A stretch of 64,000 bases of DNA from Monocercomonoides exilis PA203 (Eukaryota; Protista; Preaxostyla), in the NCBI GenBank assembly GCA_001643675.2, contig LSRY02000062.1, forward strand, positions 399,631 through 463,630. Direction: 5' to 3'. Of this stretch, positions 10,818-23,167 are shown in pieces. Made by a program: the position numbers and the translations under genes. Below the pieces are notes generated by a model that searched no databases, had not been told where the DNA came from, and worked only from the letters and a program-made list of their open reading frames with translations. Position 1 is the stretch's first letter, and each line of letters starts with the position of its first letter.

Positions 10818-13800
10818 TCAATAACCCTTCATTTCATTCATTACATTCTTCTTCTTCCATTCATTTCTTCTCTTTCCTGGAACTTCTTCACACCCGTCAG
10901 CGGCGTGCTCGATGCGCTCGCTGCGTTTGCTCCTGCCTTGCCATTCGCGTTGTGCTCTGCTGCTTCCCTTGCCGCTCTTCTCGCGCATCCACAGCCATCT
11001 TCTTTTCCTTGTCCCTTCACTCTGCTTCCTCCCCATCCATCACAATCGCATTCGCCCCAATCGCCAGCAGATCGATCGCCGACGCTTACACAACCGAATA
11101 CCTCAGAAGCGGGTTGAACATCCCCAAAGAAGGCAGAACAGCTGCAAGCGTCAACGTGAACGGCAGCCCAAGCGACGGATAGAGCAGCCCGCTCATTGCA
11201 CCAGCAGATGAAGAAGAAAAAGAAGAGGAAGAGGAAGAGGAAGAAAAAGAAGACGACAACGAGGAGGATGACAACGCCGATAACGATGTAGGCAGCGAAA
11301 TCGAAGGATCAATCACGTCCAATGCTCACTCAAAAGATTGGTGTGAATTGTTAATAGTCATTTCTTTCGAACTCAGAACTTATTAGCATTGAGCTGAAGA
11401 AGCAGATAATTGTGAAACATCAAAAGACGTGGCTCCTCTTCCCTCTTCAATGCTATCGTCTCGTGAAACTGCATCACTTGCTGTCATAATACAAGCAGCA
11501 GCCGAAAGCAGATCGCCCCTTCCATCTTGTTCTTCCCTGGCTGCAGCTCCACTTGCACTGCCAGCAGCTGCACCATCCGGAACAGCGCCTTCCGCCCTTC
11601 TTTCCTCCCCGCCGCCAACTGCACCTCCATCACCCGCCGCTTCAGCCCTGCCCCTGCTAACACCCCCGCCGACGCCCCCAAAAGCATCCGCTCCCGGTTG
11701 TCCAGTGCCGACTTCAGCAGCGCCAAGCCCCTGCTCACAGTCTTCACAACCTCGCTGTTCTCAGACGCCTTCAGAGGCGACCTTCAGTCTGCTGCATCGC
11801 ACATATCCAGAAGCCGCAGACACAGCGTGAAGAAGTCGTTGCGCTGGCACGCCTTCAGCACAGACGCAAACAACGGCAGACAGCAGCCAGACAGCAAGGA
11901 AGCATCTGGAAAGATCCGCAGCGAAGCGCCTGTAGCGTCTGTGGATAACACACACACAAAGGAGACTCCAGCTTCGAGTATGTGATACCTCTACACACTG
12001 CCCCCGATAACGATGTTGATGAAGTTGATCAAATCGATGGAAAGCCCCTACGTATTGCATCAGGCAGCGCCTTCATCACCTTTTCTTTACGCTTCGCTGC
12101 TTCTGCCCGGCTGTTATTCATCAAAAGCCGCAAAAGCACAGAAGCGTCTTCCACTCCCGTCTTTGACTGTACCTTTTCATACTCCCCCCAGAAACATCTG
12201 AATCTTCTTCTCCAACGCCACTTCAACCACAATGTTGATGCACTTACTGCACATCCGGAACGAAACCAACAGAAAGTTATCGCTCTCCCCCATCGGCTGC
12301 TGCAGCACCCCTTCAAACAGCACCGAATAGAAGTACAGGAAGAACAACAGCTCGCCTTCCATGAACTCCTCCTGCACAAACTTTTCCAACAGCCACATCT
12401 CCGCAAAGTCTTTCCGGAACATCTCCACCACTTAGATCAACATCTTTCTCACGGACTTACTCTTCTTCTGCATCGATTGCTTCTATTCCATTCACACGCA
12501 CACAAAGTCCTCAGACTCCTGCCTTGGAAGCACCACTCTTGCAAAGGTCTGACGCAATCTTGTCTCCGTATATCCCCCATGAGCGTTAACAGCGTCTGTA
12601 TTAGTTAAGGTTGCAGCACCGTTTTAAGCGACGTCAGCAGCCGCTGCACTGGAACATCTTACAACGCATTCATTTCCTTCCACTTCTGCTTCTTTTGCGC
12701 AAGTTCCGTGTATCGATTACAATTACCTTCTTGAACAGCGCCTACTGCTTGCTTGTCATCTGCTTCTGCAATTTCGACAACGCAATCAGCATCTTCGATT
12801 CCTTCTCCATTTTGCTATTCTTCTATCTCACAGTTGCATCCACTCCTCCTCCACAATCGCCACAATCACTGGCCTCAGCACCGTTCTTCTCTGATCTCTC
12901 GCTGATCAAAGATCTCGTTCCCTCACTTCCGCCACCTCCTCCCCCGCCGCTATTTGCTTATCCCACAACACTCACATCTCTCCCCACTTTCACAACAACC
13001 ACCTTCTCACTCGGGTCCAGCTAAGGCATCACAGCGCTGCCATCTCTGATACACGCGGATAACTTCTTCTGGTACTTTTCACGTAGTTCCGAAGGCAAGA
13101 TCAACTAAACTGAAGACGGAACCATCCCACCACACACAGAAACCGACGGAGAAGACGTAGCAAGCTACAACGCCGACCTCACAAGCGCACCTATGCTGTT
13201 CACATTCATAACCTCGTCATGCTGCATCCGAGACTTTTCCTTCATAATCACCACATCCAAAAGTTCCGTCTTCTCCTTCATCACCACCAGCTGCTCCTGC
13301 TGCTCCTTCACCTCTGCATTGTACTTCTCGCTCAGCTCCAGGATCTTCCTCTCCCGCATCCGGATGATCTTGTCCTTCTCCTGCAGCTGCTCCGCCAGTC
13401 CGCTCGCAAGCTTCACATTCTTCTCTCACCATTCTCCTTCCGCCTCATCTACTCCTTCAGCTCCCTGACCTTCCGCACCAGCTCATCCTTTATCCTCAGC
13501 CCCACCGCCTCCAGTGCCTTCCCCGCTCTCTCCTCTGTCCTTCATAGAACAACATTTCGCATCATCATTATATTGTCCAGCTTCTCCACCAAATATTTCA
13601 ACAGAGACGATCGCGAAACCTGCAGTACTATCACAGATTGCAGCAGCGACTGGTCAAACAGATCGTTGATCGATGGGAGCGCATTCATACAGCCGACACA
13701 AAGATCCGCTTGTCTCTTGACTTCGTGATCACCTTCGATGTGGCAAGCGACGGAAGCTGCGCCACCAGCGATACTGAAAGCATCGCAGAAAGCGCCACGT

Positions 13801-14250
13801 CTTATACACACACAACACCCCCATACAGCACCGCCTGCCGCGCCACACAACAAATCATTCGAAGCGTCTGTTGCTCCTTCAGTTACGAAATCTTTTGATT
13901 TTCATACACCCCAGCCACCTCTCGATATCATCCATCGCTCCTGCCGATGCGTATGATGCCGCCACCGCTGACGCATCTGAAGGGTCAATCGCAGGTGCTG
14001 AAGAAGAAGAAGAAGATGACTAATCATCTCCTGCCTTCTTCTCTTCGCTTCTTCGCCTCTGGAATGGCGAAGTTGATCAGCATGCTGCTCCTGTTGAAGA
14101 AGACGAGGAAGACGAAGGCGCTGAGCGAAGAGACGACTGCTGAGCTGCACCAGCCACAGGAAGCTTTTAGAGATACTCCACCACGTCTGCCAGAAGCTCT
14201 GCCTGCGACACAAACACAACATCCACATTAGGTTCAGAAAGATCAACCAG
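10818..14250 (-). pseudogene. GC-rich decayed or heavily spliced gene with coiled-coil segment
   Basis: Coding-like GC-rich stretch with protein-like fragments in shifting frames (LAEQLQEKDKIIRMRERKILELSEKYNAEVKEQQEQL; EMWLLEKFVQEEFMEGELLFFLYF; PSLGLPFTLTLAAVLPSLGMFNPLLRYSVV), interrupted by stops. Confidence 0.4.
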
Positions 14251-15307
14251 CCGCGAAAGCTCTCAGTTCTCGAGCGAAGGGAAAATGAATGAGAAATTGG
14301 TTTTTTCAGGTGAGGAGTTGAAATGAGAAGAAGGAGAAGGAGAAGGAGAAGGAAAATTGTAATAATGATGATGTCGATTGTAATAAAGATGACAATGACA
14401 ATGATATAGATGAAGAAGAAAAAGAAGAAAGCTACGGCAAAAGCGATATTAATGAGAAAATGAAGAAGATTTTTCTATTCGTGAAACATTCTCGACAAAC
14501 GTCAATTGAATCGAATGAAATGCGAGTGAAAAGATCAATTCAGAATCTGAGAGAGATGAAATCACTATCAACACAATTTGGATACCCAATGATAAATTAC
14601 AGGTTATTTGATTCTTTTAGAAGGCTCCTCAGAAACAAAGATTTGCTGCTCCATTCTCCAAAGCAGTGGTAGTTAATACCACAAGCACAATTGAAAGGCT
14701 CAAATGATTGTGTTGTGCAAGTTCTTTGTCTGCCTTCTTTTCTCCATTTGCAAAAGCCCAAATTTTTATTTATCTCTGCTCTCTATGCATCTTCTTCTTC
14801 CTCTTCCTCATTTGAATGACTTTATCAACAGATTCACCAATCACCCTTTTTCCCGTCTTTCTTCCTCAAAACACTTCACTACCACACTTTTCTGTGAAAA
14901 ATGAGATACTCATTCTCTCTTCACACATATTCCTTTTTTGCTCTTTATCAAGAAAAAAAAATGTCCAGATCCAATAACAACGTCATGTATCCATCCCCTG
15001 TCTTCATAAATAACACTCTCTGCCCTCCCGTAAGATTCAGACAGAATAATCACATATTTTTCATTTCTCTGAGCTGATTGGAATCACTAAAATATTCATT
15101 ATCAAAATGTTTCAGCGGAGCTTAAATAATTTTGATTATTTAAATAAAAAATAAATTGAAATTCATTAATCACTATATAATTAATATGAGCATACTGTAC
15201 TTTAAAAGTTTCTAGTCAGAAATATTTGAATTTTTTTTGAGGATGTTATTTGATCGTGCGCATAATATATTTTTTCGTTTCATTGTGGAAGATTTCTCTG
15301 ACTTAGC

Positions 15308-18300
15308 ATGCATTTGTTCTTTTTAGCATGTCTGATTCTAGCAGAGACATTTAAATGTCAAGTCATCTGTGAAACATCTACATTTGAAAACCAAGGTATT
15401 TTTTCAAAGATAACTTTTAAATATAACTGTATTTATTTTGGTCAAGTCAACTCAAATGACGCACAATTTCCCTCAAATAGCAATAATAATTATTTTTCAG
15501 AACAGAGAAAAGCATCAGGAATGAACAGATGGAAGGCAGGAACATGCACAGCGATTTATTCATTTATGTGCTTTTCCAATTCTTCAGTTGGACTGAAAAA
15601 TGTGGCAATTGAACAATCTTCCTCACATTTTATGGTAATAACGGAAAAGTCGAGGGTAATGCTGGATTCCTGCATTTCCTTCCAAAAGTCAAAATCTCCT
15701 TTTCATTTGAATTTCGGGTCAATCTGCCTCACAAACATGACTTTTATCCCCCAAAAAAGTCTTAACCCATCCAGTCTCATATTTTCATCTGATGATTCCA
15801 ATTCTGTTATTTTGAGAAATTCCATCGTTGCAGATCTGGCTGTTTCATCCTCAGACTATTTCCTGTTGTCTGGAAAGAGCAAAAGTGAAGAGATCATTAA
15901 TTGTGCCTTCAGTAACATGTCTGTGAAATCTGACAAGAACAGTGATTACCAGATGGACCATTCATGCTATTTGAGTTCAATGGAGAACTGTCTTATTTAT
16001 TCGTGTGTGAATGCATTTGAAGGAGGTATCTCAAGTGCATCTTTTTCTTCACACGAATTAATCTGCAAAAACACAACAATAAACTTCGGGAAAAGAGAAA
16101 TGAATGCTCTTCAGAAAAAAGAAAAACTGAACACGACAGAAAGCCAATCCTTTTCGTTGTGTGAATGGAATGATTGCACATCCCCACAAGGAGGAGCTCT
16201 TTATGTTCATGGCAATGCAAGTGCCATTCTCACAGTTGAGAATTCATCATTCACAAGATGCAGCGCTTCATCGACAAGAGGTGGAGGAATCTGTGCTTTG
16301 AACATCGCAGAATGCATTGTGCTCCATTCTTCATTTGTTCAATGTTCGTGTGCTTCGATAAATACAGACTGTGGCGGTGGAGGAATTAATGCAGAAGAAA
16401 TATCAACTCAATCACTTATTGATTGCTGCTTTTTTCAGAACTGTTCATCAGGAAACGATGGGGGTGCAATTGATCTCCGACAGACGATGACCAAAAAACA
16501 GAAAAATTGTGTTCTGGATTGTTCTTTTTCAAATTGCAGCGCGCTACATTCAGGAAATTCTGGAGGAGGAGCAATGGAGCATTATGGCTGTACAGATCAA
16601 GTAATCACCTCAAATTGCTTGTTTTGCTATTGCTATTCAAAGTGTGGAGGAGGAGCTGTATGCCTGCATATAAATGCAAATAATAATGGAATTTTGTTTT
16701 ATTACTGTTTTTTTCACAATAACACATGCGGAAGATCAGGACATGATATTGTTCTGCAAAGCTCAACATCTAATAACATTGATACAAGTTGCTATTCAAC
16801 AAGGCAAACAACAAACAGAGTTAGCATTAAATATGACTCAATTGTTGATCGTAGTGAATGGCTTAGGAATGATGGTGGAAGAACCAGATTTGTTTCTTCG
16901 ACTGAAACGCAACCTAACGTCAAAGATACATATGCATGCGGAATTAATGAGTCTCATCCATGTAGCACCATCAGCCATTGTTTGACTCAACTCATTTCGG
17001 ATTTTGTGACCAATGTTGAAGTCCTTTCTGGAACAATAATTGAAACGAATAGTTTTGATTGTGGAGCAGACAGTTTTACTGTTTATGGCCAAAGCAATAT
17101 GAGTACAGCAATTCAAACAGAATTTAAAGCATCTGGGTTGTCTCTTTTTTCTGTCTCAACAGGTACATTGACTGCAAGGGAATTTGTTCTTGTGCATGAC
17201 TCGGCTCATCCGAATAACCGTGGGTCAAGGCTGTTTGAGATCACAGGAACAGGAGGAATGAGGATCAGCAGACTGAACATATCTTTTGGGAGCGGGCAAT
17301 CAACAGAAACAGCATTTTCGACAGAACTGATAAATGTCCAGAATGGGATGTTTCAGATGGAACATGTGAACTGGGCAAAGACAATTTCCACAAATTCATT
17401 GTTTTCGATTTCTTCGGTAAATGAGATATCTTTGGCACTTTCAGAATGCACCTTTGATGGAATTGAAAGAACAACGAGCGGAGCAGCTGTCATCTCGTTT
17501 ACAAACGTTAGGGCAAGCATCGATCTAGATTCTTGCTCATTTTCTGGATGCGGAAGCACAACATCGGCTGATGGAGGCTCGATGATGCTGTATGCGGGAG
17601 AGTCGAATAAAGTGAAAGTGAAAGGAGGCAATTTCGATGGGTGCTTTTGCTCGGCATTGTATGGGCTTGGAGGAGGAATTCTTCTTCGATTATTGAATGA
17701 AAATCCCAATTTCCTGATTTCCTCTTCATTTGGAACAAACACAGCCAAATGGGGAAGAGATATCTTTGTCTTTTCACCAAATCTGGAAGTGACCGCAAAG
17801 TCACAAAACATCACATGTGTGACAGCCTCTTTGGATTCTTTTGAGAAGGTGAGAGGATATGAGAATGGAAATACGACTGTGGCCATTCCTCTGTGCATTT
17901 ATCTCCTTCTGACTCCAGCAGAAATATTTGTGAGCAATTCTGAGGCCACCGATCACTCACGTTGTGGAATTGTCCAATTCCCTTGCTTGACAATGAAGCA
18001 CTCACTCACAAGACAAACAGGAACAAAGAAAGTTGTTGTGAATGGAATGATTTTGATGAGCGATGAATTGGCCTTCTCTAATCAAAAGCATGAAATCCGA
18101 GGAAATGACGATGAAAGTGGCTGGACAGTCTCTGATTCAAGTGAAACATCAAATTCAGCAATGATTGCAACAAGTGTTGAAACAGTTTTGTCAAAACTTA
18201 TCTTCTCTCTTCCTTCTTCTCTCTTTTCACACTCCACTTTCATTTCTTCTCCTTCATCATCAATGACTTTGAATCAATGTTCTCTTTCCCTTCAAAATCC

Positions 18301-21300
18301 ATCATTAGAATTGACATTTCTGTTCTTGTCTGTTGAATCAGGAATTTTGGCAATCGACAAATTCTCTGCTTCATCAATCACTTTGAGCACAAGCCCATTG
18401 ATCTCGTTGTCTGGAAGTGGAACAAAGGATGAGTTGATGAGCACCAAATGGTTGAACATGACAAACTGCAATTTCACAAAAATTGAAAGAACTGCTGGAA
18501 GTGGAGGCTGTGTGAGCATTGATAACAGCGATGATGAAGATTCAAATGCAGAAATAAATATTGAAGAATGTGATTTTGATGGATGCTCTGTACAGGCTGA
18601 TGGAAGCAGAGGAGGGGCCATTGATGCTCAGTTGAAAGGGAATATTCAATTGAATATTATTTCATGCACATTCATTGGATGCACAGCACCAGCAGAAGAA
18701 CGGAAGATTGGGTTTGGAGGAGGGATGGCACTGAAGCTGATTGATGATGATTCTTCATTTGTGATCTCATCACCTGTTTTTGATTCAGACAAGCCAAATG
18801 TTGCAAAATATGGAAATGACCTGTTTGTTGAATCATCCAACTTGACAAAGAGCATCACAAACACCTCCCTTCCATTTGTGTCAGTGAATCTGGCAGATAT
18901 TTCATTGGATTCAATGAGAGGATTTGATGGAAGAGACACAACGAATGCTATTCCATTGATCTGTTTCTGGCGAGCAATTAACTCAGAGATATTTATTGGC
19001 AGCGAAGGTTGTGATGTGTGTGTCTGTGGATTCTCAGATTATCCTTGCCTTTCAATTGATTATTCTTTGGATCGATTAACTGAAGGAAATGAAAGGAATA
19101 TTAACATCATTGGAAAAGGAATTCTTCAAAATAGCGTTGATGTGAGTGGAATTTCAATAAACTCAAATAATTTAGAAATGTGCTCTTTGGAATATCACTC
19201 ATCACTTGAAGGATCAGAAGGAGCAGCAATGAAGATTTCTGGAATTACAAATTTCGAACTGATAAAGTTTGTGATTCCTTCTTCATTCTCAAGTGGAGTC
19301 AATGTTTTGTTGGATGTTGGCTCAGAAGAAGGATCACTGACTTTGAAAGACTGCTCATTCACCAAAAAAGGAGATGACAGAGAAGAAGTGACTAATTATG
19401 GGCTGATCAAGGCAGATGGAGGCACAGTTCAATTAGAATTTGTTTCAATGCAATCACTTTGCTTTTCAATAGATGTAATTTCTGTTCTTTCATCAACAAT
19501 TTTGAATGTAAGAAACCTTTCGATGAAAAATGTTGAGCTGGAAGGAGCAAGCGGATTGAGCATATCAAAGAGTTTAAGAAGAGAGACAAATGAAGAGGCA
19601 CAAAATGTTGTCATTGATTGGAGTTCATTCGAAGAAGTCACCCAGAACGCAACCGATGATATTCCCATCATTCGAAATGACAACAGCAAGCCAACCAGGA
19701 TGGTTATACGAAATACAACGATGAAGAGATGTGGCGGATTGAAGTGTGGAAAGGGAGGAGGGATGTTTTGTGTGTTGAATGAGGGAGGAAGTTTTGATTG
19801 CTCATTTTGCAAGATTTCAGAGTGTTTCTGCTCGAGCACAGGAAGAGGTGGCTGGCTGTTTCTGGAATGCACCTCGACAGCTGAACATCCTTTGAACTTT
19901 ATGCTATCCAACATCACGTTCAGAGACAACTCTGCATTGAGAGGGAGAGATGTGTATGTTCGATGCCATTCAATTGAAACACAGATAGTTGATGAGCAAT
20001 TCTTGCTGGATTTCAGAGCACCATTTGTGAAGGACAAGGCAGTTTGGGGATGCACAACAAACTCGTTTGTGGGGGAAGAGGATCTTTTGTTGAAGGTTAT
20101 GAGATACCAGAGCGAGACGATATTTGTATCATCAGTTGCAGACAATCACACAGACAGCAAGCAATGTGGAGAATTCGACACGCCATGTCACTCATTGAGT
20201 TTTGGAATCCAGCATATTATTCCATCTCCGTACTCGCAGCTGTTGATCTTGGGGCAAACAGAAATTGTTGGGAAGTGTGATGTTCTTGATGTGACCATCC
20301 GCTCATTGCAATCTCCATCTGCCGCTTTGGTGCATCTGAATTCAACAATTGATGATGATGATGATGATGGAAATCTTATCACAGCCTCGGAGAATGTTCG
20401 GATTGAAAGATTAAAATTCATCTTTGGCCAGTCGTTTTCATATTCAGGCAATTCTATCATTCATGAAGCAAGTGGCCAGCTATCTCTTTCATCTGTTGAT
20501 TTTTCTTCGGCTGGGGAGTCAATAGGAATTCAATTTGTTATTCTCAATTCAACATTGTTGAACATTGAAAGTGGAATTCTTCATGCTGACAACTGCACAA
20601 TATCAATGCTTTCATTCAAGAAGCCTTCATTTCTGCTAAATGGAGATGATATTAATATCACAAATTTCAGACTGAAACAGATTGAATCAACGAGAAATGT
20701 TGTTGAGATTTGGCAATGTGGAAGTGTTGTGCTGAATGGAATTGATGCTGATGGAGTGAAGTTGTCTGAAAACTGTGTCGTTGTGATAAAAGGTTCGTCT
20801 TCGAATTCAATTTCTATTGGAATCTCCTCGTTCAACAACTGTTCGAGAAATTCAGAAGGAGCATCTGTTCTCTCAGCTTCATCAACCTCTTCTCATTTGG
20901 AGTTTTCAAACTGTTCTTGCTCAAGCTGCAATTCTCTTTCTGATAAAGGAAGTATTATGGAGATGAGCAATACGAAGGATGTTTTGATGGATTCGTGTAG
21001 ATTTGTTGGAATTCTTTCAAAAGAAAGTGAAAGTGAGAGAAACAATGCATTTGAAGAACTTTGTAAGTGGAATAGTTCGGTTGTTGATTTCTCAAGCAGT
21101 TCTGCGATGATGAAAGATACAACAGTCTGCAACTCATCAAAGGGAGGGATAACAGTGAGTGGAGGATCCGTGATGATTGAAGCAGGAAACTTCAGCAGCA
21201 ACATCCCTTTGAATTCAAAATATCCTTCTCTTCGTCGAAACATCATCTGCTCAGATTCTGCTTCACTGACCATTTCCAGTTTGAAAGGGGGAGATGGAGT

Positions 21301-23167
21301 AATGCCCAATTCTTCTCTTTGGATTTTGAATGACGGTTGCAATTTTGAAGGGATTGTTTCTGAGAGGGCATCTCCATTCTTCATTCCAGTTCTGGAAAAT
21401 GTTTCTGTGAATGAAAATGGAAGCAACATTTTTATCAAATTCAAGGGATCCCTTTTTGTTCCCTGTGATTTGTCATTCAGGCTGGTGTTCAAAACAGGAG
21501 ATGTAGAGTTGGTTGAGACGTATCCTTTTGAGGAAGATAGTTTCATATCAGAAACAGAAGTGATTGGAAGAGTTCCATCAGAAAATATAACGGCAATTGC
21601 AGATGAAACAGAGGTGTCAGTGATGATTCTGTTTGGAAAACAATCGGCAGAGACTTCTCTACAGATACTGAAAAATAGAAGTGAATCTAAGGTAAATGGA
21701 GATGAAAGGATTGTTGAAGGAGGAAACAAAGAAGGAAAATCCTTTTGGCTGTTAATTGTAATAATCATGAGTATCATATTACTAATTGTTCTTATTGTAT
21801 CTATTATATTTATTGTTCGGTGGAAGAAGGTCAAGAATGAAGCAGAAGATCTGAGAGAGATTGTGAATGATAATATCAGAAAGGATCCGAAGGCATTTGA
21901 GATGGTTACAATGGAGATGTCACCAGAAGAGCAGTGGAGGAGAACAGAGAGGGAGGCTGAGAAGAAGAATGATGAGAGAATGAAGAAGAGGGTATATGCG
22001 AAAAGCCTTCAACATTCAGAGTCATCAGAGCACCTTCTTTCCGAAAGCGGCTCCACTGAATACATTTTGGGGAGAGATTCAGACAAGATTCCAGATTGGG
22101 CTCTGGAGAAGGTAGATGAAGAGGGGGAGACGAGAAAGAGAACACCATCTCCATCCATCTCATCAACTTCAACAACAGACACTTCAGACACAGAATCCAC
22201 ATTTGTTCGCATGGAAGATGCATGCCCGACAACCTCATCGATGTCGAATTTGGTGGATGCAATGGCATGCTCTTCACCTCATGAGAAACTGATTGTGGAT
22301 CTTAGGGATTCATTGTTCATGTTGTTGCATGGAAGGAATGAGAAAAAAGAGATGGCGATTGGTACTCTGCAGGAGAGGGAGATGACAGCTGCACAAATCC
22401 TATTCTGGGTGTCCAATCTGGCACTCCACTCATTTGATGAAATGGAAAACGCTCTCTCATCTCTTGCAAATCTGAGTCCGCACATTGTTCTCTTCTCAGA
22501 ACACATGGTTATCTGCATCGTCATGCATTCAAACTTCTCATCTGATGATGATTCAGATTCATCATCCGTCTCTTCATCGAGTATTGTTTCTTCTTCGTCA
22601 AATATTTCAGTAATGAGCGAGAGATTCACAGACTCGCCACCTCCCTCATCAGCCTTTGAGGATGATGAGGATAGATTTAAAAAAGAGTGTTTGAGGTGGA
22701 AGGCACCTGAGTTGCAGATGAATAAGAAGATGGGAGCAACAAAGGAGTCGGTGGTGTTTTCGATTGGGATGATGCTTTGGGAGTGTCTGACGTTGGATGT
22801 CCCGTTTGGGGAGTATGAGGCAGAGGTGGCAGGGCAGAAAATAGTGAATGGAGAGAGACCGAAGATGAAAAAAGTTGAGGGATCTCGGCTGAAAGGAGTG
22901 GTGGAGAAAAGTGTCCTTGTACAGACGCCAGACAGAGTATCGCTTTCAAGCATGAAGAGAGAATTCATTGGACTGTTTCCAGCGAATGCAGCGATGCTGA
23001 CAGCGACAGATGCTCTGTGCTATGCAGGGGATAGCAACGAAGAAAGACGAGAAAATTGTATTCAAAGAGACAGCAGAATAGTGGAATGTGTTCTGATTGA
23101 GGAGAATAAAGATGATATTATAGTTGGCGAAGGAAACAGCCCAAACAACAAATACGAGAGAAACTGA
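15308..23167 (+). CDS. Large type-I membrane protein: signal peptide, Cys/GGA-repeat beta-helix-like ectodomain, TM helix, TK/TKL-like pseudokinase
   Basis: 2619-aa intact ORF; N-terminal hydrophobic MHLFFLACLILAE; repeated FxxCxA/GGAI-like motifs and CG..PC blocks; TM FWLLIVIIMSIILLIVLIVSIIFIV followed by RWKK; kinase C-lobe RWKAPE..VFSIGMMLWECLTLDVPFG..GERP, but no HRD or DFG. Confidence 0.85.
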   Translation: MHLFFLACLILAETFKCQVICETSTFENQGIFSKITFKYNCIYFGQVNSNDAQFPSNSNNNYFSEQRKASGMNRWKAGTCTAIYSFMCFSNSSVGLKNVAIEQSSSHFMVITEKSRVMLDSCISFQKSKSPFHLNFGSICLTNMTFIPQKSLNPSSLIFSSDDSNSVILRNSIVADLAVSSSDYFLLSGKSKSEEIINCAFSNMSVKSDKNSDYQMDHSCYLSSMENCLIYSCVNAFEGGISSASFSSHELICKNTTINFGKREMNALQKKEKLNTTESQSFSLCEWNDCTSPQGGALYVHGNASAILTVENSSFTRCSASSTRGGGICALNIAECIVLHSSFVQCSCASINTDCGGGGINAEEISTQSLIDCCFFQNCSSGNDGGAIDLRQTMTKKQKNCVLDCSFSNCSALHSGNSGGGAMEHYGCTDQVITSNCLFCYCYSKCGGGAVCLHINANNNGILFYYCFFHNNTCGRSGHDIVLQSSTSNNIDTSCYSTRQTTNRVSIKYDSIVDRSEWLRNDGGRTRFVSSTETQPNVKDTYACGINESHPCSTISHCLTQLISDFVTNVEVLSGTIIETNSFDCGADSFTVYGQSNMSTAIQTEFKASGLSLFSVSTGTLTAREFVLVHDSAHPNNRGSRLFEITGTGGMRISRLNISFGSGQSTETAFSTELINVQNGMFQMEHVNWAKTISTNSLFSISSVNEISLALSECTFDGIERTTSGAAVISFTNVRASIDLDSCSFSGCGSTTSADGGSMMLYAGESNKVKVKGGNFDGCFCSALYGLGGGILLRLLNENPNFLISSSFGTNTAKWGRDIFVFSPNLEVTAKSQNITCVTASLDSFEKVRGYENGNTTVAIPLCIYLLLTPAEIFVSNSEATDHSRCGIVQFPCLTMKHSLTRQTGTKKVVVNGMILMSDELAFSNQKHEIRGNDDESGWTVSDSSETSNSAMIATSVETVLSKLIFSLPSSLFSHSTFISSPSSSMTLNQCSLSLQNPSLELTFLFLSVESGILAIDKFSASSITLSTSPLISLSGSGTKDELMSTKWLNMTNCNFTKIERTAGSGGCVSIDNSDDEDSNAEINIEECDFDGCSVQADGSRGGAIDAQLKGNIQLNIISCTFIGCTAPAEERKIGFGGGMALKLIDDDSSFVISSPVFDSDKPNVAKYGNDLFVESSNLTKSITNTSLPFVSVNLADISLDSMRGFDGRDTTNAIPLICFWRAINSEIFIGSEGCDVCVCGFSDYPCLSIDYSLDRLTEGNERNINIIGKGILQNSVDVSGISINSNNLEMCSLEYHSSLEGSEGAAMKISGITNFELIKFVIPSSFSSGVNVLLDVGSEEGSLTLKDCSFTKKGDDREEVTNYGLIKADGGTVQLEFVSMQSLCFSIDVISVLSSTILNVRNLSMKNVELEGASGLSISKSLRRETNEEAQNVVIDWSSFEEVTQNATDDIPIIRNDNSKPTRMVIRNTTMKRCGGLKCGKGGGMFCVLNEGGSFDCSFCKISECFCSSTGRGGWLFLECTSTAEHPLNFMLSNITFRDNSALRGRDVYVRCHSIETQIVDEQFLLDFRAPFVKDKAVWGCTTNSFVGEEDLLLKVMRYQSETIFVSSVADNHTDSKQCGEFDTPCHSLSFGIQHIIPSPYSQLLILGQTEIVGKCDVLDVTIRSLQSPSAALVHLNSTIDDDDDDGNLITASENVRIERLKFIFGQSFSYSGNSIIHEASGQLSLSSVDFSSAGESIGIQFVILNSTLLNIESGILHADNCTISMLSFKKPSFLLNGDDINITNFRLKQIESTRNVVEIWQCGSVVLNGIDADGVKLSENCVVVIKGSSSNSISIGISSFNNCSRNSEGASVLSASSTSSHLEFSNCSCSSCNSLSDKGSIMEMSNTKDVLMDSCRFVGILSKESESERNNAFEELCKWNSSVVDFSSSSAMMKDTTVCNSSKGGITVSGGSVMIEAGNFSSNIPLNSKYPSLRRNIICSDSASLTISSLKGGDGVMPNSSLWILNDGCNFEGIVSERASPFFIPVLENVSVNENGSNIFIKFKGSLFVPCDLSFRLVFKTGDVELVETYPFEEDSFISETEVIGRVPSENITAIADETEVSVMILFGKQSAETSLQILKNRSESKVNGDERIVEGGNKEGKSFWLLIVIIMSIILLIVLIVSIIFIVRWKKVKNEAEDLREIVNDNIRKDPKAFEMVTMEMSPEEQWRRTEREAEKKNDERMKKRVYAKSLQHSESSEHLLSESGSTEYILGRDSDKIPDWALEKVDEEGETRKRTPSPSISSTSTTDTSDTESTFVRMEDACPTTSSMSNLVDAMACSSPHEKLIVDLRDSLFMLLHGRNEKKEMAIGTLQEREMTAAQILFWVSNLALHSFDEMENALSSLANLSPHIVLFSEHMVICIVMHSNFSSDDDSDSSSVSSSSIVSSSSNISVMSERFTDSPPPSSAFEDDEDRFKKECLRWKAPELQMNKKMGATKESVVFSIGMMLWECLTLDVPFGEYEAEVAGQKIVNGERPKMKKVEGSRLKGVVEKSVLVQTPDRVSLSSMKREFIGLFPANAAMLTATDALCYAGDSNEERRENCIQRDSRIVECVLIEENKDDIIVGEGNSPNNKYERN

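Noticed and set aside
20893-22968. Long antisense ORFs opposite the receptor genes (also 41137-42411)
   Set aside because: Shadow ORFs of the sense-strand codon bias.
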